Assembly (NCBI RefSeq): GCF_018350175.1
Contig: NC_058369.1
Span: forward strand, 16,740,001 to 16,804,000
Direction: 5' to 3'
From: Felis catus
Lineage: Eukaryota
Length of the DNA stretch: 64,000 nucleotides
Part shown: piece after piece, positions 47,665-60,538 of the stretch
How the letters are laid out: each line of letters opens with the position of its first letter
Position numbering within the stretch: the stretch's first letter is position 1
Notes under the pieces: model-generated
Told to the model about the DNA's origin: nothing
Seen by the model: only the letters and a program-made list of their open reading frames with translations
Database searches by the model: none
Position numbers and translations under genes: made by a program

Positions 47665-47854
47665 GGTTATTTATTTATTTTGAGAGTCTCAGAAAAGAGA
47701 GAGCATGGAGGAGGGGAAGAGAGAGTGAGAATCCCAAGCAGGTTCCGCACCAGTGGTGCAGAGCCCACACGGCTTGATCTCATGGCCATGAGATCATGAC
47801 TTGAGCTGAAGTCTAGAGTCAGACACTTAACCAACTAAGCCACCCAGGTGCCCC
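47665..47854 (-). mobile_element. CAN-SINE
   Basis: Antisense body. Confidence 0.85.
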
Positions 47855-48100
47855 TAACTATAATATTGAGAGAGGTTAGAGAAAATACTGCATTTGTGAA
47901 AGATGAGTAAGATTCTTTCAGTAAAAAGCTGGATGGGGGAGACCTTCAGAAAACAAGAAGGGCCTCTTGGAAATTAAAAATACACCATAGCCTTATAAAA
48001 AGCTACAACACAGAAATATTGAAAGATAAAGTTGAAGAAGATTCCCAGGAGACTGACCAAATGAAAGAGATGGAAAATGGGGAACAGGTGAAAAAAACAT

Positions 48101-48300
48101 GGGGCGCCTCAGTGGCTCAGTCAGTTGAGCATCTGACTTTGGCTTGGGTCATGATCTTGCGGTTCATAGGTTTGAGCCCCATGTCGGGCTCTATGCTGAC
48201 AGCTCAGGGCCTGGAGCCTGCTTTGGATTCTGTATCTCCCTCTCTCTCTGCCCCTTGCCCCTCCCCCCTCAAAAATAAACATTAAAAAAAATTTTTTTTT
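48101..48300 (+). mobile_element. CAN-SINE
   Basis: Head and tail. Confidence 0.88.
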
Positions 48301-48734
48301 TAATATAGGCACATTCCAAGAGGCCTAACATCCGGCTAATAGAAATTTTGGAAAAGAAAAAATAGACAATAGGAGGAAATTATCAAAGAAATAGGATGGA
48401 AAAGTATTCCAAGAACTAGAATCAAGTCTGTAGATTGATAAAGCACGCTGAATAAAGGACACCAACAGCAAGGTATAATCCTGTTAGATTCAGAACTCTG
48501 AGAATAAAGAGAAAGTACTAAAAGCTTCTAGAGAGAGCAATCACATACTGAGGGTTAGTGTTCAGAAGGGCATTAAATTCCTCAAAAGCAACAAAGTAGA
48601 AGACATTGGAGCAATGCCTTCAGAATTCTGATAGAAAAATATATTCCCAACTTAGAATTTTATAGCCAGCTAAACTGTCACCCAGGTTTAAGGCTAATAA
48701 AGACATTTTCAAACATATTGTGCATATGCCCTAT

Positions 48735-49400
48735 GATATTCTGATATAATAAGAATATGTATTTGGTCTTTTTCCCTGGTTTCTGGCACAGAGCTCCTCA
48801 AACCNNNNNNNNNNNNNNNNNNNNNNNNNNNNNNNNNNNNNNNNNNNNNNNNNNNNNNNNNNNNNNNNNNNNNNNNNNNNNNNNNNNNNNNNNNNNNNNN
48901 NNNNNNNNNNNNNNNNNNNNNNNNNNNNNNNNNNNNNNNNNNNNNNNNNNNNNNNNNNNNNNNNNNNNNNNNNNNNNNNNNNNNNNNNNNNNNNNNNNNN
49001 NNNNNNNNNNNNNNNNNNNNNNNNNNNNNNNNNNNNNNNNNNNNNNNNNNNNNNNNNNNNNNNNNNNNNNNNNNNTTTGACCCCTGGGAACCTTCCAGCT
49101 TAGTGAAGGTAGCCATGTGTGAGGAGAGTGGCACACATAAGGACAGAAGCTCCTGTGCTCAGGACCCATCTAGACTTTGCCCTATGTACCTCTTCATCTG
49201 GCTGTTCTTTTGTATCCCTTTACACTGTCCCTTTATGGTGTATCCCTTTATGATTACACCAGTAACAGTATGCAATCCATTTTCCCTGAGTTCTGTGAGC
49301 CATTTTAGTAAATTATTACACCTGAGAAGAGGGTTGTGGGGAACACTCCCCCCTCAACCCTGCCCCGACTTTATCACCAATTGCTCAGAAGTACATGTGG
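48735..49400 (+). mobile_element. MER21-family LTR (interior in N-run)
   Basis: GGCACAGAGCTCCT, TATGTACCTCTTCATCTGGCTGTT and TTCCCTGAGTTCTGTGAGCC resemble recalled MER21 consensus. Confidence 0.7.
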
Positions 49401-49569
49401 CCCAGCCAGACAAGCCAACCCTGAGACAGTGTAGGAGGGACAGCACAAGGGTGTGAGCACCAGGAGGCAGGGATCACTGGGGGCTGTTTGTAGTTAGGCT
49501 GCCACAAGTAATAACTAGAAGTGAAAACTCAGGAACTATTATAAGGACATTACTTAGAAAGGTGAGATA

Positions 49570-49790
49570 GGGGCGCCTGGGTGGCTCATTCGGTTAAGGG
49601 TTGGACTTCGGCTCAGGGCATGATCTCATGGTTCGTGAGTTTGAGCCCCACGTTGGGCTCTGTGCTGACAGCTCAGAGCCTGGAGCCTGCTTCGGATTTT
49701 GTGTCTCCCTCTCTCTCTGACCCTCCTCTGCTTACATTCTGTCTCTCTCAAAAGTAAATAAACATTAAAAATTAAAAAAAAAAAAAAAAA
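49570..49790 (+). mobile_element. CAN-SINE
   Basis: TSD AGAAAGGTGAGATA. Confidence 0.92.
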
Positions 49791-49903
49791 AGAAAGGTGA
49801 GATAAATACCAGAAGAAAGAAGTTGCCCCTGAGAGCAGGAATCAGGGAACCAGAAGCTGCTGGTGTGAAAAACCTTGTAGAACAACGTTAAGAAATATTT
49901 CCA

Positions 49904-50086
49904 GGGGCATCTGGATGGTTTAGTAGGTTAAGCATCCAACTTCAGCTCAGGTCATGATCTCCCAGTTCGGGAGTTTGAGCCCTGTATCGGGCTCTGCGTT
50001 GACCCTGCAGAGCCTGCTTGGGATTCTTTCTGTGCCCCTGCCCCGTCCCACGTGCTCTCTCTTAAAATAAATAAGTAAACTTAAAA
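49904..50086 (+). mobile_element. CAN-SINE
   Basis: TSD AAGAAATATTTCC. Confidence 0.88.
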
Positions 50087-51212
50087 AGAAATATTTCCTT
50101 TTTTTTTTTTTTTTAATTTCTGACCCCCGCCCCAGAGCACACAGCCATTTAATGCCCCTGAACACCAGTAGGAGAGCAACACATGGATTATGCGAGGAAC
50201 TCATAGAATCTGAATCAGTGAGGCCCCTTCGGTGTTTGGAAGATGGTGTGATCTTAAAGAACAGCTTCCAGATAATAAACCTAAAGTGGTGCAAAAGAGG
50301 CCATAGTGACAGAACTTGAACTAGAACCCTTAAATAAATGTGACCCGGGGAAGAGCATTGGGTAATGAGATGCTCTGGCATTTCTCTAATGTGGAACTGG
50401 GCAGGGATGATGGGGGGGAGACTGTTCTTTCTGAAGACTAGAAAGTTCTTAAGTGGAAATGTTTATGTGGTTTGAAGCTATAAATGGCAAAGCTTGTGAA
50501 AAAGACTATCCTTTTGACAGATAGTTGGAAAGCTCTTTATAGGACTCCCCAGGCTAAGGATGTGTCTCCTTAGTAAGGGTTTGACACACTTTGGAGAGAG
50601 TCTCTGTCCCTGTGTGGCCTGAGCCTTGTGGGCCATGCAGAGCCCCTGCCAGTACACAGCACCAGCCATTTGAGCTGGTTGTTGTCCCAGGACCCCCCAA
50701 CATTTGTGCCCACAATGCTTGCTTTGTCCTTCATCCCCACATGTGCCCCTATTCAAGTCTGGTCTTGTTTCTCCTTATCTCTTCCTGTCACTGTGTATTT
50801 ACCCTTCTTGAGCCTGCTGTCAGGAGCTCCAGGATTCTTGGACAGTTTGTCAATTCCATCTGCCTTTAATCGGGGTCAGGATAACATGAGAAATCAGGTG
50901 TTTGAGTTGGCGGGGAGTTGGGAACAGTGCAGTGAGACTGCCATATAAGTAAAAACTACCACTGGAAGCATTCAGGCTTCTAATTTTTTAACCATTTTAA
51001 TGCCTCATTAAGATGTATTGCTTACATTCTTCTACTATAACTGAGTGTGTTGAATTGAAAATCTCAGGGTCTCTATGACAGGCTCAGCTCTCATGTACTG
51101 GGATGCCTCCAGTACCATTGCAAGGGGCAGAGGCTTAAGCGGGGGAAGGGGCAGTTTGGATTTTGGATGTGCATTCCTCAGTGTCTCTGTTTATATTTCA
51201 CTCTGCCCACAG

Positions 51213-51343
51213 ATTGGGGACCACAAATTCAGTGCCCACCGGATCGTCCTAGCGGCCTCAATCCCGTACTTCCACGCTATGTTTACAAATGACATGATGG
51301 AGTGCAAGCAGGATGAGATTGTAATGCAAGGAATGGACCCAAG
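51213..51343 (+). CDS. KLHL18: KLHL18 exon 2 ([44 protein letters not shown]), BTB domain
   Basis: 131 nt, CACAG|...AG|GTACTC; BTB motif [13 protein letters not shown]. Confidence 0.97.
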
Positions 51344-51734
51344 GTACTCCATGTCTCCACTAGGTCTCACAGCCTGCAGTGCCACTGGGGGGCCTGCAGC
51401 GGGACGCGGCATCTAGCGCAGCTGTGCGCACACAGTAGGTGATTTGGTAAACCAGTTAGAACCTCTGCCCAGTGGCCCGAGACAGGGTTAAATTGAGGAG
51501 AGTTTTTCTGATGCGTTTTTACTCTATTAGAGTAACACATTTAATAGGAACTAGACCAAGATATTTTTTATAACTAGGACTGGGTACAAGGTGCTGGAAT
51601 ACTATTCTGTGTGCTTTTTTGTGCCAGCCATTGTAGCTGGCAAAACGGTTTTTCAAATAAGTGTCTTCATTCATTACCCTCCTTACCAGTCTAGAAGTGT
51701 TATCCATCAGAACTTCCTGCATTTGTACTCTCTA

Positions 51735-51890
51735 CAGTGGTAGCTACTAGGCATACATAGCTACTGAGCACTTGAATTTTAATTAGTGGGATAAAGGAGC
51801 TGAATTTAAAATGTTTTAAATTTAATTGTAATTAATACAGTTTTTAAATAGCCACGTGTGACTGGTGACTACTCTATTGAGACAACACAG
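51735..51890. mobile_element. MER3-like hAT-Charlie fragment
   Basis: GGTAGCTACTAGGC...GAGCACTTGAA...AAATAGCCACGTGTGACTGGTGACTAC. Confidence 0.65.
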
Positions 51891-52339
51891 ATTCAGAAGA
51901 TGGCAAAATTGTGGTTATTTGATGGTTGAGAACATTGATGTCCAAAGAGGTCAGGCCCAAAAGTGATCCCCTCTAAATTTCTTCCACTGTCCAACACAGC
52001 CCTTCCTAGCAAACAGTTATTGGCCTCAAATGTCAGTACTGCCGCTAGATGAATTTGCGCTAGATGAATTTTTGGGGGCGGAAGGCAGTACCATAACCCC
52101 TGAAATCATGCCATTTAGGCACTTACTTAAAGTTGTCCTTACATGTAGAGTCGCTTACTACTGGACCCTCTACATGGAAATACTTTCCTGATTACTGCAT
52201 GCAGACTTTATGTAAACATATCCCATAGTATGCCTTTTTGGGCCTCGAAGGGGAAATGGATGTTTATGTGACTGATTCTATGCAAGTCTATGAACTGAGA
52301 ATGTATGTTTATAACCTAGGCTGTATCCAGGGGCCCGCT

Positions 52340-53220
52340 GCGCACCTACTATGTGCCTGGCACTGTTCTGAGATCTGGAAATGCAGTAGTGAACAAAACA
52401 CACAGGGTGACTCAGGGCCATGACATTCTCGTTGGAGGAGAAATAATAAACAAAACAGGGACTCTAAAACGTCAGCCAGTAACCTGTCATTTGTTGCCTA
52501 CCTTCTTAATCTCACAGTGATGGAAAGAAGGGGTAAGGGAGCCAGGAAACTGTAGTACGCTCTGACTGATTGAAGGTGATCTGCCCCAGCACATGGGGAG
52601 GATTTATATACCCAGTGCAAGGCAGAAATCTCAGGCCAGCTCCGTCTAAGGAAAGACACAGAAGTGGGTGTGCAAGGGCAGTTAGTCACTCTCTTCTCTC
52701 AGGTCTGTGTCTGAAGGAGCTGTGCTCATCACCACGCACAGCACACGCGCTTCATTTAAAAGAGGTAGACTGAGCACCTGTTATGTGTGCTGCTGTAGAC
52801 ACTGAGGAATAGCACTGAGAAGACAGCACCTCTTATTGTACCGGCTTTCTAGTCGTGAGCATCTGGCATTAAACATGCACATGCGTCATATGGCTGGCAA
52901 GTGAAAGTGATATGAGAAAAGTAAAGCAAATGAAGGTGGGCTTCTGTGCTGTTCCAGGGTGATCAGGGAAGGCTTCTGTGATGAGGTGACATTTGAGCTG
53001 AGACCTTAATTAAAGTCAGGGAGTGAGCCATCTGGGGAAAGAGACCTCCAAATAGAGGAGCAGCCAATGCAAAGGCCCTGTGGTGAGAGTGTGTTTGGCA
53101 TATTGGAATGGAGTGAGGGCTAAGAGTAGAAGGTGATGAGGTCAGAGAGCTGGAGAGGGGTCAGACCACATAAGGCCCTAGAAACAGAATTTGGATTTCA
53201 TGCTCAGTGGGAATAGAAAG
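52340..53220 (-). mobile_element. L2 fragments
   Basis: CACCTACTATGTGCCTGGCACTGTTCT; GGGAAGGCTTCTGTGATGAGGTGACATTTGAGCTGAGACCT. Confidence 0.65.
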
Positions 53221-53770
53221 GCAGAAAAATTTGTTGGAGTCTCATTCTGGAAATTTATCTCGAAGAAATAATAAGAAACATTATTTATGATTGCAATACA
53301 ATGAATGCTATGAGCTATTTTGCCTACCAATAAAGGAAATAAATTATAGCTTGTTTATGTGTTGAAATACTATATAGCAGTCACTAAAAATGATAAACAT
53401 GAGGACAGTATAGCAACATGGGAAAGGAGTTGATAAGTATTACATGATTATATCCATACCATCTCTACATGCAGGCAAATGGGGATTGAAAATGAACCTA
53501 GAAAAATAACCACTGTTGACTCATTCAGTATAAGATAATGGGCACTTGCTTTCTTTTTTCAGAATTTTCTGAATAAAATTAGGCAATAAAGACAGCTTAA
53601 GAAGTAGAATGTATCTTTGGCTCCTGGTGAAGTAATTATTCCTTTCAGATGGATTCTCAAAGGGCATGGGCAAAATGGATTTTAGAGAGGAGCCCACACA
53701 TTCTCCAGGTCAGCATGTCAGCTTGGTTAGGGCCAGAATCTCTGAAGAGTATCCTTTCTGTTTCCTCTAG

Positions 53771-53911
53771 CGCCCTGGAGGCTCTGATCAACTTTGCTTA
53801 CAACGGCCACCTTGCCATTGACCAACAAAATGTGCAGTCGTTGCTGATGGGGGCGAGCTTCCTGCAGCTGCAGAGCATCAAAGACGCCTGCTGCACGTTC
53901 CTCCGAGAACG
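53771..53911 (+). CDS. KLHL18: KLHL18 exon 3 ([47 protein letters not shown])
   Basis: 141 nt, CTCTAG|...CG|GTGAGG; phase 2-2; BTB C-terminal half. Confidence 0.97.
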
Positions 53912-54998
53912 GTGAGGTCGTGCGATGGACCTGGCCCATTTCGTTCCTGGAATCCCCTGTGAATTTGTTGAGTCTTTGGGGCATGCCGAGTTTTCCGAAG
54001 GGAGTGAGCCAGGGAGTTTACTCTGCAGAAATAACCTTTCTTCAGATCTCTGTCAAGTAGTGTCCAGTTATTTGGGATGAACATTTGAGGGGACATGATT
54101 TACGTACCCCCGCCTGCACTCCCCCTGGCCTGACATGTACCTCTTCTTCTGGTCCTCTCTCCAGTTTGACCAGCCACTAATTTAGCTGACTGTTCTCACC
54201 AAGCCGATTGGTTCAGTGCTACCTGTTGCCTAGCCTGTCTCCATCTTTGTGTAGATCCTGCCCCCTCCTTGAATGTCTTGGCTTCTTTTCCCTTCATCTC
54301 TTGAGGAGCCTACCCAGATTTCACCTCCTAGAATTCTCTGTCTCCCTCCGTCTCCCAGAAGCAATCATGGACTGTATCCTTACCTAAGTCCAGCATTTGG
54401 CAATGACCTTTTGATGACAGAGCAGATAAGAAGGCTCTTCCTCCCCCTCCGGAGGCAGAGCTCTTAGCCGCAGGGTAAAAGCTGCGCCTTCACCACTAGA
54501 GACTTGAGGGTGCAGGTTAGCACTGGGCTCCACATAGGCAGGGAGAAAGCAGAACAACGTTTCTACCTGAGCTTCTATGATCACAGGTCCCTGACCTGAA
54601 AACCAGCATTCTTCCCACCTCAGATCTGCCCTCCTGAACCTCATTGCATCGTAGAGCTGCCCCCTCCCGTTCCTGCTCCTCCAGACCAGTTCACTTAGCA
54701 GCTCTGCGGACCCCACCTGCTGTCCATGTCCTGCCCATGCGGTGTTCTTGGATGTCACTGAGCACTGCTGTGTGTGCACCTAGTCTTGATAACCGTGGTA
54801 ATGATGCTTAGCATGCAAGGCGCTCTCTGCTGGGCTCAGAGTGAGTGGTTTCATCATGAGGTAGATGGTCTGTTTCAGGTTTTACAGATGGAGACCACAT
54901 AATGAGAGCACAGCCCCAGAGCCCGGCCTGACCTTGCCCCGGAATGCGGGGGGTGTGGGGCACACAGTCTTTCCTACTCATTTGTGAGCTGCTGCTTC

Positions 54999-55213
54999 TT
55001 TTTTTTTTTTTTTTTTTTTTTGTCTATTTATTTATTTTGGGAGAGACAGAGACAGCATGAGTGGGGGAGGGGTGAAGAAGGAGAATCCTAAGCAGGCTCT
55101 GTGCTGCCAGCTGCATAGCCAGATGCAGCGCTTGAACCCACGAATCGTGAGATCATGACCTGAGCTGAAACCACGAGTCAGACACTTAACAGACTGAGTC
55201 ACCCAGGCTCCCC
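54999..55213 (-). mobile_element. CAN-SINE
   Basis: TSD CTCATTTGTGAGCT. Confidence 0.9.
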
Positions 55214-57975
55214 TCATTTGTGAGCTTTTTAAGGACACAGATGAGACTCTTGTTTGTCTCTTTGTCCCCACAGAACTCAATGATTAATTAGGCACTCTGG
55301 AAAGAATTAAGGTTGGCCACTCTCACAAGGGGACAGCAGCTCCACCTAGGGGCTTTTGAGGTCATCACTATCAATACTGGACCAGCCTCTTTTATAAAGT
55401 AGTGTCGTCCAAAAGATGCTTAAAAAGTGATTTTTAGACCAGTGGAATTTTTACATGCATCAGTGACATTTTAGGAAGACATACTTAAACACAAAGCCTG
55501 ATGTTATGTCTGTCTTTTGACATTTTTCCATTCAGCCCTGCAAGAAAAACACACCTTCAACTAAACTGGGCTTTGACATCTAAAAGAATGGGATGTGGGA
55601 AGCCTGTCTTTATTCCTCCACACAGGCCCCAGAGGCTTGGCCTGCTTTCTATTTTCTTTCCAGTAGTTACCATCACTGCTTCTGTTCCTTGGGGTGGTTC
55701 TCCTGAGCCTGGCTGCAGAGTGTGTTAGGGTGTCCCAGCTGCCCCCTTCCTATGTATCCGCTTCCCATGGAAGCATGTGGACCTTCCATTTTCAAGTTTT
55801 GATTGCTAATGACTTGAGAGAAACCATTCTGAGCAGTGGTGGAAAAGACAGGATGTGCCAGGGCACAGAGAAGCTGCAAAGCCATCAGAGTTCTTAGAGC
55901 AGTCGTTCCTGAAGTCTCTCCACCTATTGGGTCTTCAGCCTCTCCTGATTTCTTTTCTTTCATGAGACTGGGGTTGATTTTTTTTCTTGTGGCCCCTTTC
56001 CAAGTCTTCAGATGTATGGACCTCCTTGTGTCTAGGTGAGCATTGGAGCTGTGTATTTTCTAAAATACTCGTCTCAGAACATCAAATGCATCAGTGAACC
56101 AAGCCAGTAAGTTATTTAATTCAAGTCATTGCTTCCTGACTTTGATAAAGCATTACATCTTACTGTGGCCTCCTTGCTTACAAGCTATGCCAGCAAGGAA
56201 GGAGGTCGTGAAGTGTCCACTGAAAGATGTGCGTCTGTATCAACACTTTGGGTTCATTTTCCCTCTTACCTTCTTCCTGCTCCTGAACGGGGCCGTCCCC
56301 TGTGTGCCAGCATTCCCTCCTCCTTCCCCACCTGCTGCCTCACAAGCAGGCTGCCCACATCCCATCCTTTCAGATGTCAAAGCCCAGTTCAGTTGAAGAT
56401 GTGTTTTGTTCTTAATGCCAAGCCAGTGAAAGGCAAAGGTGAGGTGCAGGAATCCTAGCCCGAGAGGGAGCGGATGGGAATGTGCACAAGTCTCATTCAG
56501 TCACTGTGAGCACTGCAGGAGAAAGGCGTTATTTGATGACTGAGCTGACATTCTGATCTTAAGCCCTGTGTTCCTCACTGGACACGCTGCCTTGCCTAAG
56601 TGTTGCTCAGTGCTCATGCTTCCCTGGCCTTTGTGGAAATACATGTAGGTTTCCAAAGCAATGGACAGACAGAGCCAGTTCAGTCTGGAAGGGAAACAAC
56701 ATCTTGTGGAGTTTAGACTATCCCAAAGCCAGACTCCTGAGATTGCCCTTCAGGTCTGCTGATGAGGGGCAGGGGTGCTTGTTGGTGAGTACAACTCTGC
56801 CTAGAACTTTAAACAACATGGCGGCGGGGTGGGGGGAGCAAACCTTCTGATACATACCCTCTCCCTCCATGGATTATCAGTCACAAAGTCAAAATAAGAA
56901 AAGCCCCATCCCCCCAGGATCTCCTGCTGTCACTAAGATTTCAGCACCACTTTGGGCTCATTTGAGATGCAACAGTAGTAAGAAAACCATTATAAAAATG
57001 AAGGCAGCTGCCCTGACTTCATGCCAACCACCACGCTGAGTGCTTTTGCCACATTCTTGCTTAATCATGGCCACAGCCTGAGGAGGTGGGTAGCTGTTGT
57101 CAGGTGAGGCTTTTTCCAGGTGAGGCTGTTAGTGGCACTTGAGGGATCCTCCCCTGTCGCCTGGTGCCATGCAAGGCCCGGATTTACCCAGATGGCCCCA
57201 GTGAGGGCAGGTCTGCCTTGGGGCCATGGGAACGCGCAGAGGGTTCAGCCTCGGCACCGCCACTTGCTTGTAGAAGGCTGTGGGCACGTTTCTTAGTTTC
57301 TCTGAGCCTCAGTTTTCCATCTAAAAATGGAGGCGATTACTGCTTGGCAGTGCGGTTGGAGACTCTGGCCTGGCAAAGTACTGGGCTCACCGATGGTGCT
57401 GAGTGGTAGCTGCTGCTGTCGCTTCTAGGCGTCTGAACAATTAGACCCATAGAGCTTCTTGCTATTTAAAAAAGATGAAGAAAGTAAGTAAAAGAATAAG
57501 ATTTTAGATCAACTAAAAAGATGAAAAAGTGGAAGGGTCCCGATGTTAGAGAAGTCGTCTCCCCACGTGGTTTAAAGTCTCATCCTACAACCTCAGTACC
57601 CTCCTGGGGAACAGAGGTAGATGTTCACCAAAGCATGCCAGCGGCTGAAGGAAAGCGAACAGGTTTTCCAGTATGTGCTCTCTTCTCTCCTCGGGGCTGC
57701 TTCACGGGACTTCCCGGAGAGCTCATTCCACCTAGACGCACTGAGCACGAGGCCCAAGAGGCGGGGCCCTCTGAGGATATAAACTGTCTTAATTTTAAGC
57801 CTGTACAGTTGAGGCACTCGCTGAGAGGCACCCCTGAGGTCACACGGGGAGTTTCCAGCAAAGCTGGGTTTTTTTCCATTCTGTAGCACCCCACCCTCCG
57901 GAACCAGCCTGAGAATGATCGAAGAGAACATTCTTCCTCTAAATTGTTTCTTTTCATCTTCTCTTACGCCAAAAG

Positions 57976-58174
57976 CCTCCACCCCAAAAATTGCCTGGGT
58001 GTACGCCAGTTTGCTGAGACGATGATGTGTGCGGNNNNNNNNNNNNNNNNNNNNNNNNNNNNNNNNNNNNNNNNNNNNNNNNNNNNNNNNNNNNNNNNNN
58101 NNNNNNNNNNNNNNNNNNNNNNNNNNNNNNNNNNNNNNNNNNNNNNNNNNNNNNNNNNNNNNNNNNAGGAGCAG
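57976..58174 (+). CDS. KLHL18: KLHL18 exon 4 ([19 protein letters not shown]...EEQ), BACK domain, interior in N-run
   Basis: 199 nt including 132 Ns; acceptor AAAAG, donor CAG|GTGTGT; frame preserved across the N-run. Confidence 0.92.
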
Positions 58175-58250
58175 GTGTGTATAGCAGGGCAGCGGTCTGG
58201 TCTGCAGGTGACACGGGGCTACTGCTCTTTCTGATCTTTGTTTTCAGTTG

Positions 58251-58493
58251 TTTTTTTTTGTTTTTTGTTTTTTGTGTTTTTTTTTTTAATGTTTATTTAC
58301 TTTTGAGACAGAGAGAGACAGAGCATGAACGGGGGAGGGTCAGAGAGAGAGAGGGAGACACAGAATCTGAAACAGGCTCCAGGCTCTGAGCTGTCAGCAC
58401 AGAGCCCAACGTGGGGCTCGAACTCATGAACCGCGAGATCATGACCTGAGCCGAAGTCGGATGCTTAACCGACTGAGCCACCCAGGCGCCCCC
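58251..58493 (-). mobile_element. CAN-SINE about 75 nt downstream of KLHL18 exon 4
   Basis: TSD CAGTTGTT. Confidence 0.92.
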
Positions 58494-59244
58494 AGTTGTT
58501 ATTTTTTTAATGAAGATCATGATGTGTGTGCAGCTTGTTGATTGTGGGTTTGTTTTATTATACTACGTACATCTTTCATGAACATTTGTATCCATGTTAG
58601 TGTCTAACATTCAGTTGATTTTATCAACATCACATCCCTTATTGGATGTTCGGGTTATTTCCAGCATTTACTATTGGAAGTAATGCTGCCATGAAAGAAT
58701 CTTATTCTAAAGGAGAGCAGAGCACCGGGGCAGTCGCTGGGGAGGAGTATGAGGTCAGGAGGGGTTGGTTTGTTTTTTAAGGTGAGAGAAATGACGGGTA
58801 CATTTGGCTGCTGGTGGAAATTTTCCAGAAGAGAGGGAAGAGTTGGTGATGTAGGAGAAAAGGGAGAATGACTGCTGGAGCAGTGTCCTCAGTAAGCGAG
58901 AGGAGGCAGAGCAGAGGGCACAAGGCATGTACCTGTTAGAAGTGCCAGCCGTTCTCATCCGCCACCACAGGAGGAAGAACCCCCGCACCCAGTGGCAGCG
59001 GGGAGGCGTGGGGTGAGAAGGGAGGTGCTGGCAGATTCCATTGACATTCTCTTCTGGCTTGGTTCTGTTTTCTCAGCTGAGAATGGGGATCAGGAGGAGT
59101 AGTAAAAACGTGAGGTCGGATGAAGAGGCATGCACCAGCCCTGTGGGAGCTGGAAAGGAGATGCAGCTAGAGGAAGGAAGAGGGCTTGGTGGGAAGTGGT
59201 CCCGATGAGATTAGCAGTCACATATTTAGAATGGGCCGGCCAAA

Positions 59245-59369
59245 GGTGCCTGGCTGAGCCGAGTCAGAGGTGCATGCAACTCATCTTGATCTTGGGGTTG
59301 TGAGTTGGAGCCTCATGCTGCGTGTACAGATTACCAAAAAGAATAGATAAACTTAAAAAAAAAAAAAAA
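59245..59369 (+). mobile_element. Short CAN-SINE
   Basis: Diverged head; A tail; AGAATGGG repeated on both flanks. Confidence 0.7.
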
Positions 59370-60538
59370 GAATGGGTGGGCCAGCTCTGTCAGCTGCAGA
59401 GTGCGGGTGGGGGTGAGCTTAAAGAGCTGGACCTCACCAGAGTAGCGACTTTACTCCCAGGTGGGCGTGATTAAGGGAGATAGGCTCAGCATGGGCACTG
59501 AGGGCACTCACATCATAACTCATGGAGCCAGTGCTGGATGACAGTGGGGAGGAACCAGGCTCTGCAGGGGGCCCTGAGAGGGAGGTTGGGGGAGAGGGAG
59601 CACTGTCAAAGGCTCACTGGCATCAGTTACTGAGCAGAAAGGATTGGAGGCGGTGGTCACTGCCGTGGTCACTGCCGGCAGATTGAAATTGATGGAAGAG
59701 GCAGAGCCTTTGGATGATCAGAGGGTCCTTGAAGGACAAAGAAGACCTCTTATCGGAATGGTCGAGAAGAATGTGAATAAATGGGAGTGCAGGGTGTTAG
59801 CAGAGGAGCGAAGGGTGACCCTTTAGGTGAGCAGAGGTGGGTGTGAGCGCCTGAAGAGGACTGGGAGTAGATGTTACCTGGAGCAGAGTGGGGCGAGGGC
59901 TGCACAGCAGAGGGCTCGAATGCAGGGGTGAGGTGTTTAGATCTGGCCCTGCGGACACCGGGAGCACCACCCGACAAGGCCTCCACCTGTTCAGTCGTTG
60001 GGAAACTAACCAAAGTCCAGGGCAGAGCAGCTTGGGGTATTTGCAGTGGAGAGTCCTGGCCTGTCGTGAAGTTCTGCTTCAGCAGGAGGAGCCCCAGGCT
60101 CCAGGAGGCTGCTTATTTCCCTAATGTCAGAAAAGCAGGGGGAAAGTGGGCCCTGAATGTGGTCGTGTGGGCCCTGTGATTCACAGGGAAGAGCTCCGTC
60201 CCAAGAGCAAGCCCCTCTCTAGCCATTCCACTAATGAGCGTGACCTGGGTCAGTTCAGTTACAAGTGGTACATTTCAGGGGTTTTAGAGGGACATACCCT
60301 TGTGGCTAGAGCTGTTAGGGAGACCTCCAGAGAACGTGGATCTGGAGCCAGTGTTAAGAAAAGGGGAGTGGGTTTAGAAGAAGAGGAGGAGGTGAGGGGA
60401 CTTGGAGGTGACATGAAGGTGGCAGTATGAACAGAGAACTAGCCAGCCTGGGAGGCGGTGGGGGAGGGGGCTAAGGAGGAAAGCAGGCAGGGTGGAATGC
60501 AGAAAGGAATAAGGAACCATTGACAGCTTTTCTTCTTC

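Larger units (their letters stand above)
46600..48715 (+). mobile_element. Decayed L1ME-like 5'/ORF1 region
   Basis: A-rich strand bias; TGGAGCAATGCCTTCAGAATTCTG...AGAATTTTATAGCCAGCTAAACTGTCA...AAGACATTTTCAAACAT. Confidence 0.65.

Noticed and set aside
52044-52072. Short tandem duplications (also near 30941, 43445 and 59651)
   Set aside because: Two-copy slippage duplications with no spacer architecture; not CRISPR-like
53749-53757. Perfect U12-type donor motif GTATCCTTT just upstream of KLHL18 exon 3, and GTATCTTG donor after exon 6
   Set aside because: The first lies in a pyrimidine tract with no supported exon, and a 9-mer match is plausible by chance in 64 kb; the second deviates from the U12 consensus and has no TTCCTTAAC-type branch site
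53649-53770. In-frame ATG and acceptor-like TTTCAG upstream of KLHL18 exon 3
   Set aside because: Splicing from exon 2 to 53649 hits a stop codon; no promoter evidence for an alternative start
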